DNA of 42,378 bases, taken from contig NC_057760.1 in assembly GCF_004010195.1 (NCBI RefSeq), positions 3,226,625 through 3,269,002 on the forward strand, given 5' to 3'. The position numbers and the translations under genes were made by a program. Position 1 is the stretch's first letter, and every line of letters starts with the position of its first letter. The notes under the pieces were generated by a model. That model was given only the letters and a program-made list of their open reading frames with translations. It was not told the origin of the DNA and ran no database searches. The DNA is from Chiloscyllium plagiosum (Eukaryota). Shown here piece by piece: positions 1-10,500 of this stretch.

Positions 1-1816
1 GTGGGAGTGAGATTCCGTTTGCTGGAGTTATTCTAGATATGGACAGTGTGGGAGTGAGATTCCCTTTGCTGGAGTTATTCTAGATGTGGACAGTGTGGGA
101 GTGAGATTCCGTTTGCTGGAGTTATTCTAGATATGGACAGTGTGGGAGTGAGATTCCGTTTGCTGGAGTTATTCTAGATATGGACAGTGTGGGAGTGAGA
201 TTCCCTTTGCTGGAGTTATTCTAGATGTGGACAGTGTGGGAGTGAGATTCCGTTTGCTGGAGTTATTCTAGATGAGGATAATGTGGGAGTGAGATTCCGT
301 TTGCTGGAGTTATTCTCGATGTGGACAATGTGGGAGTGAGATTCCCTTTGCTGGAGTTATTCTAGATGTGGACAATGTTGGAGTGTGATTCCCTTTATCG
401 GAGTTATTCTAGATGTGGACAATGTGGGAGTGACATTCCCTTTGCTGGAGTTGGCGCAGATGTGGACAATGTGGGAGTGACATTCCCTTTGCTGGAGTTG
501 GCCCAGATGTGGACAATTTGGGAGTGAGATTTCCTTTGCTGGAGTTATTCTAGATGTGGACAATGTGGGAGCGAGATTCCGTTTGCTGGAGTTATTCTCG
601 ATGTGGACAATGTGGGAGTGAGATTCCCTTTGCTGGAGTTATTCTAGATGTGGACAATGTGGGAGTGAGATTCCCTTTGCTGGAGTAGTTCTCGATGTGG
701 ACAATGTGGGAGCGAGATTCCGTTTGCTGGAGTTATTCTCGATGTGGACAATGTGGGAGCGAGATTCAGTTTGCTGGAGTTATTCTAGATGTGGACAATG
801 TTGGAGTGAGATTCCCTTTATCGGAGTTATTCTAGATGTGGACAATGTTGGAGTGAGATTCCCTTTATCGGAGTTATTCTCGATGTGGACAATGTGGGAG
901 TGAGATTCCGTTTGCTGGAATTATTCTAGATGTGGACAATGTGGGAGTGTGATTCCCTTTATCGGAGATATTCTAGATATGGACAGTGTGGGAGTGCAAT
1001 TCCCTTTGCTGGAGTTATTCGAGATGTGGACAATGTGGGAGTGTGATTCCCTTTGCTGGAGTTATTCTAGATGTGGACAATGTGGGAGTGAGATTCCTGT
1101 TGCTGGAGTTATTCTAGATGTGGACAATGTGGGAGTGAGATTCCCTTTGCCGGCGTGGGCCTAGATGTGGACAATGTTGGAGTGAGATTCCCTTTATCGG
1201 AGTTATTCTAGATGTGGACAATGTGAGAGTGAGATTCCCTTTGCTGGAGTTATTCTAGATGTGGACAATGTGAGAGTGACATTCCCTTTGCTGGTTTTAT
1301 TCTAGATGTGGACAATGTTGGAGTGAGATTCCCTTTGTCCACATCTAGAATAACTCCGATAAAGGGAATCTCACTCCAACATTGTCCACATCTAGAATAA
1401 CTCCGATAATGTTGGAGTGAGATTCCCTTTATCGGAGTTTGTCCACATCTAGAATAACTCCGATAAAGGGAATCTCACTCCAACATTGTCCACATCTAGA
1501 ATATGTTGGAGTGAGATTCCCTTTATCGGAGTTATTCTAGATGTGGGCAATGTGGGAGTGAGATTCCGTTTGCTAGAATTATTCTAGATGTGGACAATGT
1601 GGGAGTGAGATTCCCTTTATCGGAGTTATTCTAGATGTGGACAATGTGAGAGTGAGATTCCCTTTGCTGGAGTTATTCTAGATGTGGACAATGTGAGAGT
1701 GACATTCCCTTTGTTGGTGTTATTCTAGATGTGGACAATGTTGGAGTGAGATTCCCTTTGTCCACATCTAGAATAACTCCGACAAAGGGAATCTCACTCC
1801 AACATTGTCCACATCT
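1..1816 (+). repeat. 47-bp tandem satellite (GTGGGAGTGAGATTCCCTTTGCTGGAGTTATTCTAGATGTGGACAAT), ~38 units, truncated by the window edge and the gap
   Basis: Unit starts at 1, 48, 95...; internal TCTAGA palindrome; no spacers. Confidence 0.97.
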
Positions 1817-2316
1817 NNNNNNNNNNNNNNNNNNNNNNNNNNNNNNNNNNNNNNNNNNNNNNNNNNNNNNNNNNNNNNNNNNNNNNNNNNNNNNNNNNNN
1901 NNNNNNNNNNNNNNNNNNNNNNNNNNNNNNNNNNNNNNNNNNNNNNNNNNNNNNNNNNNNNNNNNNNNNNNNNNNNNNNNNNNNNNNNNNNNNNNNNNNN
2001 NNNNNNNNNNNNNNNNNNNNNNNNNNNNNNNNNNNNNNNNNNNNNNNNNNNNNNNNNNNNNNNNNNNNNNNNNNNNNNNNNNNNNNNNNNNNNNNNNNNN
2101 NNNNNNNNNNNNNNNNNNNNNNNNNNNNNNNNNNNNNNNNNNNNNNNNNNNNNNNNNNNNNNNNNNNNNNNNNNNNNNNNNNNNNNNNNNNNNNNNNNNN
2201 NNNNNNNNNNNNNNNNNNNNNNNNNNNNNNNNNNNNNNNNNNNNNNNNNNNNNNNNNNNNNNNNNNNNNNNNNNNNNNNNNNNNNNNNNNNNNNNNNNNN
2301 NNNNNNNNNNNNNNNN
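1817..2316. other. Assembly gap (500 N, likely placeholder size)
   Basis: N run. Confidence 0.99.
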
Positions 2317-2547
2317 TGGCACCCAATGGTCAAGTTTATTCACCTCCCACTAAGGTTGCTGCCCAGGAGGAGATGTGGCACCCGTATTTGATCCTCACAA
2401 GGACAATCCTCACCGGGGCAGGATACAGCTGAAGGGAAGATAGGTGAGACAGGCTAGGAACTGGAGTGGGGTTGTGAGGGGGGGGGGGCGCGGAAGGTGA
2501 GGAGTTGTTAGGGGCGGGGATGAAGAAAAGATGGGCAGGATATCACA

Positions 2548-2848
2548 GAATCCCTACAGATAGGAAGCAGGCAACTTGGTCCATCAAGTCCACCCTGAAC
2601 CTCCGCAAAGCGTCCCACCCAGCCACACTGTAGCCCCACATTTCTGAGGGCTAACCTTCATATCCCTAGCCACTAGGGGCTGATCCACCTTGACCTGCAC
2701 ACCTTTGGACTGTGGGAGGAAACCGGAGCACCCGGAGGAAACCCACGCAGACACGGGGAGAACGTGCAAACTCCACACAGACAGTCGCCCGAGGGTGGAA
2801 TCGAACCTGAGTCCCTGGAGCTATGAGGCAGCGGTGCAAACCACTGAG
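2548..2848 (-). mobile_element. HE1-like tRNA-derived SINE
   Basis: Minus strand has a tRNA-like head with B box ggttcgattcc, the conserved body gggtttcctccgggtgctccggtttcctcccacagtcc and a CR1-type tail. Confidence 0.85.
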
Positions 2849-3119
2849 TTATCGATGTGCTAAAGCTCGGAGCATGGGTGAGGAGGGGAGGGCAGTAATA
2901 ATGCTGTTTGGTTGGTTAGGAAAGAAGAAACAAAGGCATAAGTGGGATTGTGGGGTGGCTTGTTTGAGTTCTGAGGTTATTCACTGACATTTAATATTGT
3001 TGGAAAATAAATCTCCATGTCAGGGACTGATAGCCAGTTTTCAAATTTTGACATATCCAGGACAGCTCCTTTAAAAGGTCTGGATCATGGGATCTCTGGT
3101 ACTGAGTAGACGATCCTGA

Positions 3120-3340
3120 AATTAAAAACAGAAAATGCTGGAAGTGGGCAATAAGTTTGACAGCATCCATGGAGATCGAAATGGAGGTAACATTTCAGAT
3201 TGTGACCTTTCATCAGCCTTCTGGTGATCTGAAATCTTATCTGTGTTTTTCTGTCCACAGATGCAGTGTAACCTGCTGTGTATTTCCTGCACTTTTAGTT
3301 TTTATTTCCAAATCTCCAGGATCTGCCGTACTTTGTTTTT
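3120..3340. mobile_element. Degenerate palindromic Penelope-like element with a decayed hammerhead core on the minus strand (3185-3217)
   Basis: aaaacagaaaatgctgg...cagcatc arm versus gatgc...acctgctgtgtatttcc arm; minus strand CUGAUGAAAGGUCACAAUCUGAAAUGUU. Confidence 0.6.
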
Positions 3341-3793
3341 GTGTAAAACCTTATCCCGATGTTGTTTCAAGGTGGAAATACTGATAACCAACAAGAAAGG
3401 AAAGGGTCCTTCTACTTTTCCCAGTTCTCAGGGCAGTCTCACCCCTACAAGCTTTTGGGGTTTCCATCCCTCACCCTCAACCAACCCCAAAACACTCGGC
3501 CAAATTTGTTTCAGATGCCATTCCCTCCACTTTGTTACATAGGCTTTGCATTGAAAAATTTCCAATCCTCATCACAGACAACCGCGTCCTTGGTGGAATG
3601 AGGTGAATTCATAGCTCTTCCCTTCCAGATAGGATGGCACAAGTTCAGGCCATAAGACCCATCTGTTCCTGCAGGACTAAATCCAAGTTAAGGTCACGGC
3701 GAAACCAAGCGACCCTTTGCCAGCATGCTCAAAGTCTTCCATTTGGACAAGAGAAGGAGGATTACCAAGACACACATTGTAGACCTGGGAAGT

Positions 3794-4519
3794 TCACATC
3801 AGACTTCCCCTGTAAGGAGGTTGGCTGGCTGACCCCAGTGCTGGTTCTGCGTACATTCGAGCTGATTTCTTGCAGAGGTCCCTCAGTTCCTTAACCTCCT
3901 GCAGAACCTGCTTGGCTTGGTTCCAGTTGGACAGAGCCTCAGTGAGTAGCCACTCAGCGTCATTCGGAGCGACCTGCCCCTCTGATACCCCTGGGGAGTC
4001 TCTGTTCTGCCTTTTCCGGCTCCCATGGCCGCCAGCCTCCAGTAACAGCTGCTGAGTTCCCTCCAGTTTCAGTATAATGAGTTCCCTGACCCGCCCTAGT
4101 TTCTCCCATTCTATATTGCTCGACTGAGTGGCAAAGCCTTTCCGTAATGCAGACTTGTTCGTAGATCCGGCTCGTGACAGAATTTCCTCTGATGCACACT
4201 TGTTTAACTCTGCAAAGGGTAGTTTTTTTGGAATGTCTGGTGAGGAGCTCCCCTCCCGATCTAGAGAGGTGGCGGATTCCCTCTGCCAGCTGTCTCCTCT
4301 CTTCTGCAGTCTGCCCACCCTGGAGGAACAATCCTTCTCTGTCACCGTGTTTCCCTTCTCTGAGGTTTTAGTGGAGCTTTCATAGTTCAGTTTGTGCTGG
4401 CTGGTACCAAGGTGGTTGGTACAGGAACCATCTGCACAAGTCCCGCGGTGATCCAGGGCTATATCCTCCTCCTGGATCAGATCGAGAGTCAACATGCCAT
4501 CAGATGTGGAGGTAGAAGC
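3794..4519 (-). CDS. PLEKHO1: PLEKHO1 last coding exon including the C-terminal leucine-zipper-like region
   Basis: ccacag| acceptor, [19 protein letters not shown] ... YRGSLM-TGA, within ORF 3794..4567. Confidence 0.95.
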   Translation of the reverse strand, partial: ASTSTSDGMLTLDLIQEEDIALDHRGTCADGSCTNHLGTSQHKLNYESSTKTSEKGNTVTEKDCSSRVGRLQKRGDSWQRESATSLDREGSSSPDIPKKLPFAELNKCASEEILSRAGSTNKSALRKGFATQSSNIEWEKLGRVRELIILKLEGTQQLLLEAGGHGSRKRQNRDSPGVSEGQVAPNDAEWLLTEALSNWNQAKQVLQEVKELRDLCKKSARMYAEPALGSASQPPYRGSLM

Positions 4520-7500
4520 CTGTGGATACCAGACAAACACTTCACAAATCTTGTTTAGGTCAAACACAACATAATTTTTGAATATTCTCTCAATCTCTCA
4601 AACTGTCAGTGAAATTGTTAAAAATCACACAACCCCAGGTTATAGTCCAACAGGTTTAATTGGAAGCACACTAGCTTTCAGAGCGACGCTCCTTCATCAG
4701 GTGATTGTCGCTCCGAAAGCTAGTGCTTCCAATTAAACCTGTTGGACTATAACCTGGGGTTGTGTGATTTTTAACTTTGTCAGTGAAATTGTTCTTATTG
4801 GGATGAGATTCCCCAGAAGCTCACCCTAAGTGCCCGGATCGTGAATATTTGCGACCACAGAGGGCATTGCTGCTTGATCCTGGCATTGCCAACATGCAAA
4901 CACACTAATTAGAAAATGGATACAGGCCGTGCGGCCAGTCAGTCAATTTTAGTGTTTATCCTTTGCAAACGCAGTATCCGAATCCCACCTGTACCTATTT
5001 ACCTTTCCTTGTCCTTTCCACTCTTCTTAGATGTGGTTGATTTCCACCAAGTTAATGATCATGTGAAGGAACCACAGCTGATCATTCCAGAGATCTCCAG
5101 GCTAATTAAATCAGAGAGCTGGTAGCAATGTCACTGGCCTGGTAATCCAGAGGCCCAGGCTCATGCTGTGGGGATGTAGGTTTGAATCCCACCACAGTGA
5201 ATGATGGAATTTAAATTCAGTTAGTAAATGCTGGGATTGAGGACTGACCCCAGTGATGGTGACCATGAAAGTACCATTGAGCGTTGTTAAAACCCATCTG
5301 CTTCTCTCATACCCTTTAAGGAAGGTAAACCGCTGACCTTACCTGGTATGCACTACATGTAATTTCAGAACCACTGCAATGTGGCTGGCTTACAACTGCC
5401 CTGTGAAACAGTCCCAGCAAGCCGCTCCGTTCAAGGACATGTCGGAATGGCCAACAATGATGGCCTTGTTGTCATTCCATATAAAAAAATAAAGAAATGT
5501 TTTAATGCTCCAGCCATTGGACTGTTGGTGGAAGCAGCTGCTCCATTCCTAAACCCACTGAACGTGGGATCGTTCCCAAATTTACTGTTCTATTCTGTGC
5601 CCAACCAATCAATTCCAGTCCCTCCCACAGGCTGTGGAGGCTTTAAAGCGGGAGCTGATGTGGCCTCTTGAGATGGTCACTATTTCATTTGCTGCCTCGG
5701 GGTGAACAGATCTTCCTCTTGTGCTAAGATCGGCTTACCATCAGGAACCATCCGTACCTGAGATGAAATTCCGGCAATATTACAGACTGACTGCCACCCT
5801 AGACAAGTGTTCCAACCTCTAACTTCTTCAAGGATTGGACAGATCATTTGTTTCGGTGTACTTGTTTGTCCATACATGTGGCAACTGAAAGGGGCCAGTT
5901 TATGAAGAAACTGCGTGGGTCTTTCATATTTCTCCACAGCAACAGAGCTTAAAGGGAGCATTGGTCACAACTCACTGAAATTCTAGGATTGAAGTCCTGA
6001 CCTAATTCCTTTAGCTATGAAACCTCCCTAGACCTCAAACCATGTTGGAGCCCGCTCGACTCAAGGCTTTCTAGGGTAGAAATCTCCAATATTGTTCCAG
6101 CTGTAGACCAACATTGACCTGCCCAATAGTTCTGTAACTGCGCTCTGACAGCTAAGTGAAGTTGAGATCCCATCAGATAGGAAAACAATGGAATGTGACT
6201 TCTCCCTTCAAGAAAGACAAAAAGACAGGACACAGGAAAGTATGTGCCAGGTAATTTCACATCCAATGCTGGATTTGTTTTACTCATGGGTATGGGTGCC
6301 ACTGGCTGGGTCAGCATTTACTTCCTGTTCATAATTACTCTTCAGAAAGTGGTGAGGTGCCTTCTGGAACAGCTGCAGGTCAATTTACTGGAGGTAAACC
6401 TCCAATGCCCTTACGGAGGCGATTCCAGGATTTTGACCCAGCAATACTGCAGGAACGTCAAGTCAGGATGGTGAGTGGCTTGGAGGGGAACTTACAGGCT
6501 GCCCTTTTCTTCAAAAGGGAAGCACCGTCGAAGGAGCACTGGTGAATTGTAACGTGTAACGTGTAACGTGTAACGTGTAACGTGTACTCACCGCTGCTAC
6601 TGAGCATCAGTGGAGGAGGGACTGGAGGATATAATCAAGAGGATTAGGCTTTGTCCTGATTGGAAGTTGTGACATGGAGGCGCCAATGTCGCACTGGGAT
6701 GGACAAAGTCAGAAGTCACGTGACACCAGATTGTAGTCCAACAGGTTTATTTGAAGACACAAGCTTTGGGAGCACTGCTCCTTTGTCAGGTGGAGTGTCT
6801 TCATTTGGTGAAGGCAGAGTGTTCCAAAAGCTTGTGCTTTCAAACAAACCTGTTGGGACTATAACCAGGTGCCCTGTGACCTCTGACTGAAGGGAAGTGA
6901 TTGTGGAGTTTGTAAGGCGCTGTCACAGAACCTTTGGTGAAGTTATGCAGTGTGTTTCGTACATGGTACATGTTTGCTTGGTCCCGAAGAGTACTGTCAG
7001 AGCTGCAGCCATCCCAGCATCACACCCTCCATTGGTGTTCTATAGACAGTGGCTGGTGAGTTCTCACTACAAGGTTCCCAGCTACATCCTGCTTTTATAG
7101 CCATTGTATTTGTGAGGCTGGTCCACTTCAGTTTCTTTTCAGTGGTAACCCCAGGATGTTCACAGCTGGGTGTGGGAGGAGGGCCTCTCAGTGATGATAA
7201 TGCAGTTACATGTCTAGGGGCCATGACTAGATTTTCAGTTGGAGATGGTTAGTGTCTAACGCTTGTATGACACAGACGTTACTTGCCTCTTGTCAGGAGT
7301 ATCATAATACAGCATTCCTTCTCTGCTCTGGTTCTACCAATAGCAAACAGAATTGCAGAATTTGGAGTAGCAGGAGGCCACTCAGCCCTTTGAGCCTGCT
7401 CCCCACCATTCATTATACTCATGGATAATCATTCAATTCAGTTCCCTGCTCCCAACTTCTCCACTTATCCTTGGTCCTTTCAGTCCTAAGAGCTATACCT

Positions 7501-10500
7501 ACACCGTTCTTGGCCGGAATAGTTTCCTGTAGCAGAGAATTCCACCAGTCTCTACCTGAAGAAATTTAGCCTAAAAGGCCTAGCTCTTATCCTTAGTTTA
7601 TGCCCCTTTTGTTTGGGACTCCCTGGTCATTGAAAACGTCCTTCCTGCATCTACCCTGTCTAATCCGTGAGAATTTTATAGATATCTAGGAGGTCCCCCG
7701 ACATTTTTCTAAGCTTTAGTGAATATGGGTCTAATAGATCCAGTGTCTCCCCACATGTCAGTCTTGCCATTCCAGCAATCAGTTTAGTAAATCTTTTTTT
7801 GTACTGCCACAATCACCAAAACATCTCCCTCATATAAGAAGACCAAAACGACACACAATTCTCTGGGTGTTGTTGGTTTTATCAATACTGTATACAGTTG
7901 GAGCAAGACATTCCAGCTCCTTCACCCCCTAATCCTTTTGCTATGACGGTCAGTATACCATTTGCCTCTTCACTGCCTGCTGTACCTCAGTGCTTATTCT
8001 CAGCAACTGATGCACAAGGACATTCAGAACGTGTTCGACCACCCTCTTCCCCGATTCACCCCCATTCAGATAATAATCTGTCTGCCTGTTTTTTGTCATC
8101 AAAATAGATAACCTCACATTTCTCCACATTATACTGCATCTTCCACCTATTTCCTCACTGACTTAACATGTCCAAACCGCACTGACATTTCTCTGCATCC
8201 TTACCACAACATACCCTCCCACCCAGCTCTGTGTCATCTGGAGATATTACATTTAGTTCCCTCATCTAAATCATTAATATCTATTGTGAACATCTGGGGT
8301 CAAGGTACTGAGCCCTGCAGTACCCCAGTAATCACTCCCTGCAAACCGGAAAAGAGCATGTTTATTCCTAATCCCTATTTTCCTGTTTGCCAACCAGGCT
8401 GTATCCCTGATGAAGGGCTTTTGCCCGAAACGTCGATTTTCCTGCTCCTTGGATGCTGCCTGACCAGTACCACTCTAATCCAGACTCGGGTTTCCAGCGT
8501 CTGCACTCCTCGTTTTTACCTTGCAAATTTCTTATGTGGGACCTTATCGAAAGCCTTCTTAAAATCCAAGTGAACGACATCTACTGGCTCCCCCTTATCC
8601 AGTCTACTGGTTAGCTCAGAAAATTCCAGAAGATTTGTCAAGCACAGCTTCTCCTTCCCAGTAGTTTCCACAATAACATTTCACGGCTAACTGCTTTCAG
8701 TTCCTCCTCCCTATTGGACACTGTGGTCCCAGACATGTTTTGCAGTGTTGTTTAGTGTCCTCCTTTGTATGTATTTTAATTGCTCATGTTTGAACCGAGA
8801 TCAGGAGCTGAGTGGCCCCAGCAGGACCTAAACTGAGCGTCATTGAGCAGGTTGTCGCCCAACAAGTGCTACTTAACAGCACTACTGATGACACCTTCCA
8901 TTCACTTTTACTGATGTCCAAGTGTGGACCAATAGGGTGTTAATTGGCTGAGATGGATTTGTCCTGATTTTTATGCACAGGACATAATCAGGACAATTTT
9001 CCACACTGTTGGGTAGATTATTATTAAAGAGGATATAGCAGAGAGCTTAGAAAATATGAATACAATTGTAAAAGTCAGCACGGCTTTGTGAAAGGGAATT
9101 GTGCTGACTAATATGTTCAAGCTCTTTGAGGAAGCAATGAGCAACGTGATTTAAGGATCACGTGTGGATGTGCTGTACTTAGATTTCCAGGAGGGATTGG
9201 AAGGTGCCAGAACAAAAATCAGAACTCGAGATAAAGGTTGATGACACACAGGGTAATGTAATAGTATGGATAAAAAGTCACCAGAGTCTTACCAGACCAT
9301 AGGACTGCTCTCTCATTAGAGAGTGGTGGTTTAACCTGAGGGTCATCGTACCTCAGGCAAGGCGAAAGGTAGAGAAGTAACCTCAGCTGGTGCAGATATT
9401 GAACCCATGATGTTGGCATCACTCTGTACCACAAACCAGCCATCTAGCCAACTGAACTAATTAACGGGAAATAGAGTAACAGAATAGAATAAGTAACAGG
9501 AATATGGGTCACTTTCAGTTGGGCAATAAGTATCAAATGGTGTGCTTCAGAAATTGGTTCTGGGACCTCAATTATTTACAACTGATATCAGTTACTCAGA
9601 GTCATCGAGATGTACAGCATGGAAACAGACCCTTCAGTCCAACCCGTCCAACCCGTCCAGATATCCCAACCCAATCTAGCCCCACCTGCCAGCACCCGGC
9701 CCATATCCCTCCAAACCCTTCCTATTCATATACCCATCCAATGCCTCTTAAATGTTGCAATTGTACCAGCCTCCACCACTTCCTCATTNNNNNNNNNNNN
9801 NNNNNNNNNNNNNNNNNNNNNNNCTGGCAACATCCTTGTAAATCTTTTCTGAACCCTTTCAAGTTTCACAACACCTTTCCGATAGGAGGGAGACCAGAAT
9901 TACACACAATATTCCAACAGTGGCCTAACCAATGTCCTGTACAGCCGCAACATGACCTCCCAACTCCTGTACTCAGTACTCTGACATTTGCTGATGATGT
10001 AATATCAGTTAGGAAACCAAGTTGTAAGGAGGACGTAAGGAATCTGCTAAGAGCTATAGACAGGTTGAGGGGGCAAAGAAATTGACAAGCAGAGTATAAT
10101 GTGGGGAAAAGTGAACATGTCCATTTTGAGAAAAAGAACAGGAAATCAGCAGTTATTTAAATTTAAAGGTAGATGAGGGATCTAGGTGTTCTAGTACATG
10201 AATCACAAAGTTAGTTTTCAGGTACAACAAGTGATTGAGAAGGAAATTGTAGTTTATTGCAAGTGGAATAGAATATAAATATCTTGTTTCAGTTGTACAG
10301 GACATTGGTGAAACCACATCTGCTGTGCCGTGTACACTGATGGTCTCCATAGGACCATAGGATCAAAGAGCAGGATTAGGCCACTTGGCCAACCGAGACT
10401 GCTGTTCCATTTGAATATTTGCCTGATATGTTTCTCAACCCAATTCTCCAGCCTTATTTAGTAAAGAATACAACGCCATTAGAAACAGTTCAGAGGGGGT

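Noticed and set aside
1..1816. CRISPR-like appearance and short ORFs of the 47-bp array
   Set aside because: Head-to-tail units with no unique spacers, no cas genes and a vertebrate context; the ORFs are repeat translations.
1673..2432. Long ORFs spanning N runs (also 11019-11894 and 23968-25017)
   Set aside because: Artefacts of translating gaps as X.
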